Shown piece after piece: positions 25,070-38,576 of a stretch of DNA of 64,000 bases. Position 1 is the stretch's first letter, and each line of letters starts with the position of its first letter. The notes below the pieces were generated by a model. It made no database searches, was not told where the DNA came from, and worked only from the letters and a program-made list of their open reading frames with translations. This DNA is from Octopus vulgaris (Eukaryota), in contig OX597814.1 of NCBI GenBank assembly GCA_951406725.2, positions 101,804,001-101,868,000 on the forward strand, in the 5' to 3' direction. The position numbers and the translations under genes were made by a program.

Positions 25070-25122
25070 AGTTGGCAACACTTCCGGTTCCGGTAGCGAT
25101 GTTTATTTACTGAACATGGCGG
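25070..25122 (+). promoter_or_regulatory. Putative core promoter of the SOWAH-like gene
   Basis: ETS/GABP-type ACTTCCGGT with an adjacent TTCCGGT at ~25080-25094, and a YY1-like AACATGGCGG overlapping the ATG. The local sequence is CpG-richer and microsatellite-free. Confidence 0.5.
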
Positions 25123-25239
25123 TTAGCGAATTAAGTTTAGAGTCTGTTTTAAACTTTATGATAGAAACTGGTGGGAAATGCACTAACAAAGAACTTGTAA
25201 CTGGTTTTAAACAGTTTCTCGAAGATCCAACTAATAAAG
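25116..25239 (+). CDS. SOWAH: SOWAH/sosondowah ankyrin-repeat family protein, coding exon 1
   Basis: MAVSELSLESVLNFMIETGGKCTNKELVTGFKQFLEDPTNK matches the SOWAH N-terminal pattern (L.F...GG.V.N.EL...FK.FL). Donor AAG|GTAAAT, phase 1. Confidence 0.85.
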
Positions 25240-25411
25240 GTAAATGACATATAGTTTGTCAATTACATACATGTTGCTCACTTCAATCATTCTATTGTTT
25301 TCTCTATAAGGCGTGGTCTGTTAATATCGTATCCTATAATTCTCACAATCCCTGTTAAATCCCATTAATATATGTCTAGAATGTTATTCTTCCTTTTGAA
25401 ACTATATTTCA

Positions 25412-25476
<65 letters not shown>

Positions 25477-27106
25477 TAATGCGTTATATTATGCTACCAC
25501 AACACTTAATTTCATTAATTCGACACTTTTGTTTTATTGTAATAGGGTAATAGGATTTTAATTAATTGAAAAGGTCTCTTGTATTTTCTGCGTTTAAAAG
25601 TTATAGTAAAGGACAGCTGTGATATTTATTACTAGTGATATTGCACCACATTCAATCTCGTAACCCATATTTGTATAATATTACAGTTTGTGGAAACAAA
25701 GTAAAACCTCTTCTGTATAATTTCACAAATCTTGATACAGTCTTTAACAATAAAAAAATTTAATTAAGATACAGAACAAAATTCCGTAACAGATATAGTT
25801 AAGAATATAATCAATAAGAATAGTACCTTGTATTTACCTACGTAAACTAGGTAAATATATTTTCAAAACAACTTAATGCACACTAGCTTAATAGAAAATT
25901 GATGTTGGGCTTGGGACGATAAAAGCCTGTTTGTAATGTTCAGTGTGTGAAACTTTATCATTGCAATATTTTTATTGAATATAAGAGAAAGAGAAAAAAA
26001 ACTTGAACCGAATTATGTTTAAAAAAGTTCTAGCACGATGTTAAATAGGCCTCTCATATTTTGTTAAAGCGAAATGTTGACTGTCATAGGCAATGATTAA
26101 GACTTCCAACCATGACTGTCTTTTATCCAGAACAATGTATCTAATATCATATTACCTAAAGAGTCTTCTATTTTTAAATACAATAACAACGTGATTAGAA
26201 AGGGATTTTGCTGCCATTTTTAGCAGCTTAAGTGATCGTGTGGAGGTTCACTCGTCACGTGAAATGAAAATGTAAACACGATAGGCGGGGCTTTTTAGAC
26301 ACACTTTTCAAACTACGTTTATTTATAGCATTTATTTCTACGAAGTAATTGAATAAATATGTACAGTATGTCTAATGTTTTTAAGATAAACGTCAACTTC
26401 GAAAAGTCTTTTGTTTTTTTAATGTCGAGCAGATTTATTATCAGTGTAGCTCTGACTACCTTATCTCTTTGTATATTTAAGACTACATCTTTTTTTGTTT
26501 TTTAAGAGACGTGAGGGTGTGATTTGAGGGAAATTTGGTTGCTATTTTTGGCAAGTTGAGTAACCACGTAGAAGCTCTTTAGTCCCCTGTTCTGTCTCAT
26601 CGTAGATTTGATAGTACATTATCAGCTCATACGGAAGTATAGTATACAATAGCGAAGTGATGAGAAAGTCATTTTGTTGCTATTTTTACACAATATTCCC
26701 ATTCGACTGGTGATATTTGTCTGTAAAAATAAACCTTTTGAAATTTTTTTTTTAATATATTAAACGAATTTCATTTTTATTTTCAATTTAAGGAATTTTG
26801 ATCAGTACTAGATTTTCACTAGATTATATCTCTATATTTTTTCATCTCTCTAAGCCTCTTTCATGCATCCACGCGCAAACAAATATAGTACTGTTTAACG
26901 TATTTGGTTGAATATTCACTATAAATAAAACAAATTTGAAACTTAAATCAAATATCTTCGCCGGACGCTATGATATAAGTCAAGCTTTTGTGTAGATGTT
27001 TTTGTTGAGGAATGTAAACTGGAAGTAGGGGGCACTTTTTTTTTTTTTTTGCACCCACATACCACGCTTACACGGCACAATCGTGACTAGTTAGCAGTGA
27101 CCGAAT

Positions 27107-27325
27107 GATATAGGTCGTCTGCTTTGGTGTCATTGTGACCTTTGTCGTCTGCTTAAATATCAATTTGTAATCTATGTCGTCTGCTTAAGTATTATTGTGT
27201 TGAGACCTAGGTCATCAGCTGAATCCTTTCTGTATGACCTAGGTCATTGGCTCAAATATCAGTGTGTGCCCTTGGTCGTCTGCTTAATTATATATATACT
27301 ATGGGACCTATGTCATCTGCTCAAG
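27107..27325. repeat. Diverged ~32-bp minisatellite with conserved GACCTAGGTCRTCTGCT core (7 units)
   Basis: The core recurs 7 times with variable 12-19 nt AT-rich spacers. Confidence 0.75.
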
Positions 27326-28399
27326 CATCTCTGACTGTGTTTGTACAACAACAGCATTTTGAATCAGTTAACATAGTGATTTATCTGTATTGGGTTTCTG
27401 TGATTTGTATGCTATGGAACAAGGTGAATGATCCTTTTCAAAAATGGAAGATTTTACAAAGAGCGTTACAAAATAGGGAGATTGCCATCATCATTATCTG
27501 CTTGTCATCCCCCTACTAAATTATAAAGATTTCATTTCAGAGAATGAAGTTGAGACAAGGAGTAATTTCTTCTTTGTTGTAAATAAAGTCATACTGCTAT
27601 CCAGTGTGCATACATACATCAAAGAGAACACGTGTGATGAAAGTAAAATTGGACACCAGAGGTATCACTCACAGTTTTGTGATTGATACCTCTAATACAA
27701 AAGACATGATTGTTGATATGGTGCATATGAAGGATGTTAGTTGATTGTAAAAATGCAAGTGGAAGGAGCTTATAGGAGAAAAAATGTGGTCTGATTTTAG
27801 GATACCAGGCCTCGTAAAACAGATGACAAACATTATGACAAGAGGTTGTACATGGTTGGTGGAAGATATGACGGTTTCATGTGGATGATATTCTGTATCC
27901 TCATGTACTTGAGAATGGAGACTAGATGAAATTTTCTATGCATAAAAGGATGTGTAGTTAAAGGTGTCTGCAAATATCTATTGTGATTGCAAGAACCAAA
28001 CCAGCAATGAAAAACTGACTTAAAAAATGATGGTGAATAGAAACTCACCAGCTTAGTTTCATTCAGTAGTAACAGAATCATTGTATTTCCACAAATGTTA
28101 GCAATTACAATGACACATTTCTTGAATATCTAAAACTCTCACAAAAGCTGTTTTAGTCCTGAACAACTACTGATTAATAAGAGACAAATATTTTTTTACA
28201 TTAGAGTATTGCTCACACATTTGAGCTGGATCACTTATGTTCTCAACTGCATCAAAGCAATGCTTGCTTACATGTTAGACATGCTTCCAATCACCAACTC
28301 TAAAAGAATTGCTGAATTTCTTATATTCCTAAAATAGTCTCTTGACCATGTTATGTTGCATCCTCCCAAACTCACTTCATGCAAGTACTTCTCTTTTTG

Positions 28400-28640
28400 T
28401 CTGAGCATAAGAGGAATCAGATGTCATGTGTTAGAAGACTAGACTGGTATGGAAGTATGATACAGATGAATAAGGAGAGCTTTATAAAGAAGTATCGATC
28501 ACTTAACATAGATATGGCTTTCAGAAAGGAACCCAGAAAAACATGGGATGAAGTGATGAATACTAATCTCAGGGCCTTGAACTGGGATGACTGGTGATAA
28601 GCTGAGATTCTGGAAGCATGATATGTATAGATATGCACAA
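28400..28640 (+). pseudogene. RTE LINE C-terminal fragment
   Basis: RRLDWYGSMIQM...RKEPRKTWDEVM matches the RTE pattern RLRWYGHVxR...GRPRKTW. Confidence 0.65.
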
Positions 28641-31600
28641 CTGGGCCCTTTACCCAACTTTCTCCTCAAGCCAGCTCCTCCAACCATCATCTCTCTAACT
28701 GCAGTATTCTGCTGTAAAGTGGTTGGCATCTAGCCATTGAAACTATGCCAGAGCAGACACTGGAGTGCAATGCAGTCTGTAGATTTGTTGGATCCTGTCA
28801 AACCATCCAACCCACACCAGCATGGAACATGGATATTAAATGATGATGATGAGGATGATTCCATAACAGTCGCCTTTATTCAACTCTTCAAATAAAGCAT
28901 CCCGTTCAATGCATTTCCATTTGCACCAACTCACTCGTCTTAAACGAGTGAAATAATTATTTTTCTAAAGCACCAAGGCAATTCTGTAAGGACAGACTGT
29001 AAACAGATTCATATCTTCTTAATAATCTTTTAATAATTTTTTCCATGCTTGCATGGGTTGGACAGCCTTCTTCAATACAGTGTCTTATCATTCATTGCAA
29101 TCCCTTGTCATTTTTATGAGTTTCAGCCTTTTGTGATTATCCTTCATATCTTTCCATTTCTTCTTCAAGTTTCTTTCGCAAGTTCCTATCCTTCTTATGC
29201 ATCATCATCATCGTTCAGCATCCGCTTTCCATGCTGGCATGGGTTGGATGGTTTGACATAGAGCTGTGCAGGCTCTAATTGTCTGTTGTGGCATGGTTTC
29301 TATGGCTAGATGCCCTTCCTAATGCCAACCACTTAAGAGAGTGTGCTGGGTGCTTTTTATGTATTACCAGCATCAGGTGCATATTAGTGCAGTCTTTTCT
29401 TTTTTCATGCTACAGTATCCATGCTGATGTCACATAAAAGCACTCATGCCCGTGCCATGTAAAAGCACCCAATACATTTTGTGAAGTGGTTGGTGTTAGG
29501 AAGAGTATCCAGCCATATAATCCATGCCAAAACAGACAAATGGAGCCTGGGCATCTCTCCAGCTAGCCAGTGCCTGTCAAAACATCCAGCCCATGCCAGC
29601 ATGGGGAACAGATATTAAATGATGATGATAATCTGATTTCTCTATACCCAATTTTTCTCTCAGTTCATTTGAGCTCTGTTGTTCAGCTGCAGACTCACTT
29701 TGCACAACCTATGCCCATACCCTAAGCAAATAATTCACTTTGAATGACGAATATATAGATGTAACTCTTGTCTCATGGTTGAGATGTTGCAGTAGCAAGG
29801 GTAGCTAACTGTAATGACAATTGTTCCAGCAAAATATAATTTACCTTTACAAAAGTAAAGGAACCATTAAAAAAAAACATTGTATTGTAAAGTAGTGTTT
29901 GTTAACTAAAGCAAATCACTTTCTTTCAATGGGATAAAAGTTGTTTTATTTTTTTTAACGGAAGTGATAAAGTTAATTAGTTGTATCTTGTGAGTGAATA
30001 TTTCATTTGCCACAAAGATTATTGAACTCAGAACAGGGGAGTAGTTTTTGTGAGGTGAGAAACTATGAAGTGAAAAGGCTTGATTTCACTTATATACTGA
30101 ATTAGATACAGATAAAGGTGAGCTATCAGATAAGAAAACAAGGTGAAATGGGGATGAAAGAAAGTGTTGCACTAATGCAGTGCCACTAAATGAAATGTAG
30201 CCATGTTGGGGCACCACTTTGAAGGGGTTTTGTCAAACAAGTCAACCCCAGTACTTAGTTTTAAGTCTGGCACTTACTCTAGTGGTGGTGGTGGAACATA
30301 AACAAACCAACACCAGTTATCATGCATTGGAGAAACAAACACAGGCATAAAATACACACACACTCACACATATACACACTTACATATGATGGGCTTCCAT
30401 ACAGTTTCTGTCCACCAAGCTCATTCACAAGGCATTAGTTGGCTTGGGGCTATAGTAGAAGACACTTGACCAAGGTGTCATACAGTGAAACTGGACCTGA
30501 AATCATGAGGTTGCAAATCAAGATTCTTAACTACACTGCCATCTTTGTACCTTGATAAAATGTTCAATACAATAATGATTTCTTCTGCTCAGACTCAAGT
30601 TCAGGTTTTTGAAGAGCTGTTACATAGTCTCACGTCAGCACTGATCAAACAGCAGATGTATAGCATGTGGCTGGTCAAACTAATGAAAGGTACAATTCAT
30701 AGATCTATTGTTCCAAGCATACTACCATGCCCTCACCTAACAATATTTTATTAATGAAGGACAAAATTAACCTTAGCATTAATTATACTCATAATGATGT
30801 ACCAAACATACACTTACACACTTTTGCTTTCCTCTTTCCCTCTCACCCTACTAGTACAAACATTCTATGCACACCAACCAACAAGAAATCCTCTGCTGCA
30901 AGGGTGTCAAACATAAGACATGTCAGATCTGGCCTGTCCCATGGCAAAGTTTAGTCCAGCTCACAGCTCAATTTTATAAATAAAAGAACTTCATTATTTC
31001 AATTTTAAAATATTCTGTAAAATATATAATCAATAGCTTGCATTCAGAGTCAGAGCCTGACTAGAGTTTTAATTAATATCCTCATCCTTGCTTAATGTCC
31101 ATTTTCCATGCTGGCATGGGTTATAAGAGCTGGCATGCCAGGGGGTTGTGCCAAGTTCTCTTGTCTGTTTTAACATGGTTTCTATGCCAACCATTTTACA
31201 AAGTGTACTGAGTGGTTTTTTTTTTTCATGGCATGAACACTGGTGGGGGTCACCAAGTAACTTGCAGGACAAGTCATTCCACTCAACTGGGTTGAAGGAG
31301 AATACTATTGAGGGAAGTGACTTTGAGCCGGTTGGTGAGATATTGAAGGAATAATAGAGAGATAGAGATAGGTATCTTGTAGAAGGGATACAAGGATACT
31401 CCAGTTGGAGAAGACAGGATAAAAGATAGAGCTGGGGTGGTTATGTGTCAAGACATACACTCAAGGTATGAATATAGGTGAAATGTTACAGAGAATTGGA
31501 CTAGGTGAGTTGACAGGATAGACAGAGTGGAGAGTTTCATAAGAATGCAAGGAATGTTAGTTCAGATGGGATAGAGGTGGCTAGCACCTATAAGAATCTT

Positions 31601-33427
31601 TTATTATCTCAACCTGTGAAAATGATACTTATGAATTTATATACAAAAAATTGTGACCTATTTCCTTTTTTTTTTTATCTACACATGTCAAACCAGACAA
31701 TTTTTTTTTGTATACTTTACAAGTTTACATGATCATCCAAATGGATTCTAGTAATATGAACAATATTGAAAGGTCTTTCTATTAAGCACTGGTCTTCTCA
31801 AGAACTATGCATTTATTTGAACAATTTCTATTTTAACTTCTTTCTCTAAGGTCTCTTTCTTTACAGAACTCTATAACTACCTGAATACATTTTCTCCATA
31901 CATCTTTGCTCACAAACTTTACTGACACATCATTGTTTCCTCTCTTCATTGTCAATAAAGTTGTATTTTGACATCTTTCTTTATATGCTTTAGCCTCATC
32001 ATCATCATTGTTTAACAGCCATCTTCATTGCATGCATAGGTAGGACAGTTCACAGGAGCTGATCAGGTAGAAAATCTACCATATGCTACTGTCTGTTTGG
32101 ACAGGGTTTTTCCGGCTGGATACCCTTCCTAACACCAAAGAGTGTACTCAGTGCTTTTTACGTGGAGCTAGCTCAGGCAAGGTTTGTTTTGGCTGTTTTT
32201 TACAGCTGGATGCCCTTCCAAATGCCATCCACTTTACAGTGTGGACTGGATGCTTTTTACGTGGCACCAGTACTGGCAGGGTTACTACCATAACTCACAA
32301 GACAAAAAATTATGAAAGGGGCAGGGGCATTTGAGGAAGAAAATTCATGTCAGGATGAAAGGTTAGAGGGTGACAAAGAAACAGAGAAACAGAAACATTA
32401 TATATATAAGAATTTAGGAGCAGTTGTCCCTATCCAGTTTAAGCTTCAATCTGGCATGAAAAGCCAAATGAGCTTGACAATCCTGCTCTATATTGTCACT
32501 CACCCTGCTAGAAATAGAAGTCAAAATTCTCACTCCACTAGCTTAGAGTTTATAAATTAAACAGGAAAAGATACTTTAGGTCATAGGTTCTGAAACTATG
32601 CACCAAGAGGTACTAATATGCTTTTTTCTCTTTCTTTATATCATTTTACTTATTACATTTGTAGGACTGTGACCATGCTGAGGCACCACCTTGAAGGGTT
32701 TGCTTGGATAAATTGACCCCAGCATTTATTCTTTAGAGTCTAGTGCTTATTCTATCAGTTTCTTCTTCCATATCACCAAGTTGTAGGGATGTAAACAAAC
32801 CAATGTTGATCGTCCAGCAATGGAAATGGGGGGGGGGGGCACAAACACAAAGACATGCAGATACATATATATGTATTATCTTTTATTTGTTTCAGTCATT
32901 AGACAGTGGCCATGCTGGGGCACCCCCTTGAAAAATTTGTAGTCAAATGAATCAACCCCAGTGCTTATTTTTTTAAGCCTGGTACTTATTCTATTAGTCT
33001 CTTTTGCCAAACCATTAGGTTATGGGGGTATAAACATGCCAATACTGTCAAGTAGTGGTGGGGGACAAACATAGACACAAAGACACACATACATATATAT
33101 TACAATGGGCTTCTTTTGGTTTCTGTCTGCCAAAATCCACTTGCAAGGTTTTGTTTGGCCCTGAGGCTATAGTAGAAGACACTTGCCCAAAATTCCATGC
33201 AATGGAACTGAATCTGGAACTATGTGGTTGGGAAGCAAGCGTCTTGCTTCCACACTATTTCCATCTGCCAAATTCTCTCACAAGGTCTAGATCAGCTCAG
33301 GGCTATAGCAGAAGATGCTTGCCCCAGGTGCTGCACTGTGGGACTGAACCCAAATCCACATGGTTGCAAAATGAGTTTTTTTAACCATATAGTTATGTCT
33401 GTACAACTGAGTTTTTAAAATATGATT

Positions 33428-33652
33428 TAACTCTTTATCATTCAGATTACTCTGTTAAATGTAATACATTTTCATTCAAATTGTTTTGAATTAACTATCT
33501 TGTAGCTTTGAGGTTTCAATAATGTGTTTGTATAGTTTTACAATGACATTATTAGATAGGTGTGAGGAGCCAGAACTGTTCGGTTTGAATATATAGCAGG
33601 TAGAAAATTTGGGGCTGGATACAGCTGGTTTAAATGCTAAATCCATGTTAAT
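33428..33652. mobile_element. piggyBac-like MITE remnant
   Basis: TTAA-flanked, with degenerate terminal inverted sequence (TTTATCATTCA ... TAAATGCTAAA). Confidence 0.4.
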
Positions 33653-35002
33653 ACTTTGAGCTTTCAAAAGCAAAGCATGTTACTCATAATTTTGTTGTAC
33701 ACAAATGTGATTGATGAACATTTCTACAATAGGCACAAGGCCTGAAATTTGGGGGTAGGTGACTAGTTGATTACATCAACCCCAGTGTTTCACAGGTACT
33801 TAATTTATCAACCCCAAAAGGATGAAAGGCAAAGTCAACCTTGGTGGAATTTGAACTCAGAATGTAGCAGCAGATGAAATATTGCTAAGCATTTCACCCA
33901 GCATGCTAATGATTCTGTTAGCAGCTAAGTAAATAATAATTTTCTAGGGATTTTTTTCTAAATTTTAAAATTTAAAGCAGTCTTTTTTTTTAATTTCTTA
34001 CTTTCTATACAAAATACACCAGTTTTTTATATTTGATCTCCAGCACTTCTCACTGTCAAAAAATGTTGAGATACCATTGCATTAGATAATGTGTTTCTAT
34101 AAACTCCTAATAAAATGGCAGGATAGTCATGACTCAAATACATATGATCATAAGTTTTTTTCTATCAGGCATGGCTGTGTGGTTAAAACTCTTGCTCATA
34201 GTCTCAGGTTCAATCCCACTGCATGGTACCTTAGGCTATCTTCTACAATAGCTCTCGGCCAACTGATGCCTTGTGAATGAATTTGGTAGATGGAAAACTG
34301 TGTGGAAGCCCATAGTGTGTGTATGTATCTCTGTGTCTGTATTTGCCCTCCCCCACTTGACAGCCTGTTTTGGTTTGTTTACATATCTGTAACTTATCAT
34401 TTCAGCAAAAGTGGCCAATAGAATAAGTAGAATTCAAAAACAAAAACAAAAAAGTACTGGGGTTGATTTGCAGTGTTCCAGCTCCAGCATGGCCACAGTC
34501 CAGTGACTGAAACAAGTAAAAGATTAAAGATATCAAAACTGTGCTGAAGTTCAACAATAACAGCAATAAGAACAACTTCCTGCACCCACACCCACTTCTT
34601 CCGTCCTTAAAAATCCTAGGCATCCTACGTATGTAAAAATAGGAAAAAATACATTGTTTATTAAAGGGCTTTCTTTGCCCCATATTTATCTATCACTTAC
34701 AATGTTCCCTCTCTCTTTTCAGAGGTTTCTTAACATTTTTTCTAATAAATGAATAAATAAATAGGGAAATGAATATAAATGAACACAAAGACACACCACA
34801 CAAGTGTTTCTAATTATTTCACAGTTATAATGTAAGAAAGGACAAACCCAAGAACAAACGTAACATTTGGTTTAGCTTCTTTTATGGCATTTCACAATCA
34901 GTTTCACTTTGCTTGGCTCTATGTGTATACATTTATATATACATCTTTATATACACACACCTGCATATACATCATCGTTTAACATCCGCCTTCCATGCTG
35001 GC

Positions 35003-35048
<46 letters not shown>

Positions 35049-37708
35049 ATATATACGTATATAAACATATATATTCATCTATGTGTTTGTTGTGGGTATG
35101 TATGTACATTTATGTATATATATAAAACCCCATCTAGTATCTCACAACCTTTGACGCTGCCTATATACATTTTTATTCCTTCATTATGTTGTTATGCCAT
35201 GCTACATTTGTATTATTTGTTCATTGGCTTTCACCTTCTTCGTTCTGGTACATCTCCCCGCTTCTGTTTATTCTTATTTCATAAGCGAAATGTTGTTGTT
35301 CTTGTTGGTAGCTAACACTGGAGAGGATACTGATTCAATATAATTTCCAAAGAGGAAAAGGCATCTCTTTATTCGAATTTTATTACATACAACAGTCTTC
35401 ATTAGCACAAGTTATTACTTCAAGCTTGACTCATTTTGACTTCGTAACTTATGGTTTCTTTCCAGCCCTTCCAACTTTGGCACAACACCCAGCAATTTGG
35501 CGGGGAGGGGGTAAGTTGATTAGACCAACCCCAATGCTCAACTAGTAAAGCACCGTTTGCCAGCCTCATCTGGCATGTAAAAAGCACCCACTACACTCAC
35601 GGAGTGATTGGCATTAGGAAGGGCATCCAACCATAGAAACATTGCCAGATCAGACTGGGCCTGGTGCAGCCTTCTGGCTTCCCAGACCCCAGTTTAACTG
35701 TCCAACCCATGCTAGCATGGAAAGCGGACGCTAAACGAAGATGATGATGATGACGATAAATAAGAAAGGATTAAAGTCAAAGTTGACTTGGCCGAATTTG
35801 AACACAGAATCTAAAGATGAACAAAATGCCACCAAGCATTTTACCCAGCATGCTATCTCACCATCTTCATCACATTGTATATTACCATAACTCCTTATTC
35901 CACCCCCCACTATATTTCCAACACATGCATTCACATTTAAATACACGATTAAACTATCAACCCTTTACAGGAAATGATTATCATAATTTTTGTTTAGTTG
36001 TTCTTCATTGCTATTATCATTATGTAACCTTTAATTATGTATTAATGTCAGTCATAAACGTTTATGAGGTTATTAATGGTATTAATTATAATATGCATTT
36101 ATTTTGTTGTTGACTTCTGGCTGTGGTTAATTTCTTTTGCTCTTGATTGGTAGATTAAAAAGCTTTTTAAGCTGTTCACATTCAGAGTGAAAATATATCT
36201 TGATAATCACTGCTTTGTCTATATAATGATGAAATAACCCTTTCTACTATAGGTACAAGACCTGAGATTTTGGGGGAGGAGGCCAGTTGATATGATCAAC
36301 CCCAGTATGCAACTGGTACTTAATTTATCAATCCCAAAGGGATGAAAGGCAAAGTCAACCTCAGTGGAATTTGAACTCAGAACGTAGTGATGAGTGAAAT
36401 ACTGATAAGCACTTCATCCAGCATGCTAACGTTTCTGCCAGCTTGCTGCCTTGTAATGGTGAAATAACAGTCACATATGAAACATAAGAAAATATTATGT
36501 TTTTTATTGGGAGTTATTCATGCTCTGAAATATGTTTGTCATAACAGACAATTGAATTGTTAGAAGGCAGATGAAAATACACACACACACACACACACAA
36601 GTGCGAGGCATTAGTATTAAGCGGTTTTATCTAACCTCTTTTGCTTGACTAATATTAGAATGATGTCATATCACTCCTCCTTCAGCTAAAAAAAAAATTT
36701 TAGTTTGAAATCTCTGTTCCTAAGAATCATAATTAGAAACAACTACTACTACTACAACCACTATACTACTACTAATGATAATAATGATGATGATAATAAT
36801 AATAATAATAATGATTTCAAATTTTGCCACAAGAGCAGCCATTTTGGAGGAAGGGATGTGTCAATTACATCAACTCCAGTGTTCTATCAACCTCGAAAGG
36901 ACGAAAGGCAAAGTTGACCTCAGCAGAAATTGAACTCAGAATGTAGTGACAGGCAAAATACCTGTAAGCTTTTAGTCCAACACACTAACGATTCTGTCAG
37001 CTTGCCAAGGCACTAGGCCTGAAATTTTGAGGGTGGGGTCATATTGATTACATCAACCCAAATCTTCAACTAGTACTTTTTCATCAAACCCGAAAGGATG
37101 AAAGGCAAAGTTGATCTTGGCAGAATTTAAACTCTGATTGTAAAGACAGATAAATTTCTGCTAAGCATTTTGCCGGGTGTGCTGACGATCCTGCTGGCAT
37201 CACTGCCTTGATGCACAAGTCCCCTATCACCACTTGACAACTGTTGTTCTTTTGTTTACATCCTCATAACTTATCAGTTTGACAAGAGGTGACTGGTAGT
37301 ATGAATATCAGGCTTAGAAAACATAAATATGGGGATCTATTTGTTTGACTAAACTCTTTAAGGCAGTGCCCCAGCAGGACTGCAATCTAATGACTGAAAC
37401 TCTCATGACCTGGTCCAGCAATTAGATACTTCAGTAATTATTTTTGCCTGACAGGGTCACCTTTACTTTTGTAGCAGTTGACTATAATGCTGCTACATCA
37501 GTCATTGCGTATGACTTCCTCATGGGACCACCTGATTAATTCTACAAGTAACTAGGCCATATTCCAATCCACTAAATATTTAAGCATCTCAGTAACCATT
37601 GTTGATGGGCAAGGGCCTTTCCCTGTCTTCATATCCTTAATTGCTTTATCGACCAGCTATCTTTCAGTTCAGATAGATGGTCCCTGTATTGGGTCCAAGA
37701 TATATATA

Positions 37709-38273
37709 TTGGGTTGTCCGGAAAGTTCATGCCGATTTATAGTAGCTTACCTTTCAACTTATGTTAGAACATGGTTGAGTCTATAAAATAGGATTTGACT
37801 ACACCTCCATTTAGAGCACAGTTTATGCTATCTTTTTGTTGAAGAAGGTTTATGTTCCTATAACCTGTGTTAATTCTGTAACCCTTTAAAATGGAAGATA
37901 AGAAAGTTAATTTTCGGCACTTGATGTTTTGGGAACCAGATAAATATTGCTGCAGTTTGGCTGGGATGTGTTACCTCACCCTCCGTATTCACCAGATATT
38001 GCTCTTTCGGATTTCCACTTATTCAGGTCTCTGCAGAATAGTCTTAATGGTAAAAATTTCAATTCCTTGGTTGACATAAAAAGATACCTTGATGAATTTT
38101 TTGCCATGAAACCCCTCAATTCTGGGAGGTGGGTATTTTCAAGTTAAAGGAAAGATGGAGAAGCATTGTGCAACAAAATGGTTCATATTTGGTTGATTAA
38201 AAATGTAATGGCAAGTATTTATTGACCTTTTTCTTTCCTTTAAAAATCGGCATGAACTTTCCGGACAACCCAA
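37709..38273 (+). mobile_element. Internally deleted mariner (565 bp) with perfect TIRs
   Basis: 30-bp TIR TTGGGTTGTCCGGAAAGTTCATGCCGATTT at both ends with TA TSD. N-terminal MEDKKVNFRHLM is fused to C-terminal WDVLPHPPYSPDIALSDFHLFRSL. Confidence 0.92.
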
Positions 38274-38514
38274 TAGTTTATTCTATGCATTAATGCCCTC
38301 ATGAGTAATTACAGTACTTCCTTCTGAGAACAATTTATGACAGATATTACAAAAATGCAGAACATTGCTTCACCTCTGTCTTCAATTCGTCTACTTTGTA
38401 GCTGACTTAGACATAAAAGAATCACCATAATAATACTCTCACCCTAATTAATTCGACATGTTGTGCTAGTCTAAGAAATTATTAATTAATGTTAACTTTA
38501 TTATTTTGTTTCAG

Positions 38515-38576
38515 TAAAAAACCGTGAAAAATTCAAGGAATTTGTAAATACTCTATCACATGTGAAAGATGATAAG
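38515..38576 (+). CDS. SOWAH: SOWAH-like gene, coding exon 2
   Basis: Acceptor TTTTGTTTCAG|, donor AAG|GTGAGC. Phase 1 join gives VKNREKFKEFVNTLSHVKDDK (family motif R..FK.FVN). Confidence 0.88.

Noticed and set aside
27107-27325. CRISPR array
   Set aside because: Eukaryotic context, degenerate repeats, spacers too short and mutually similar, and no cas genes.
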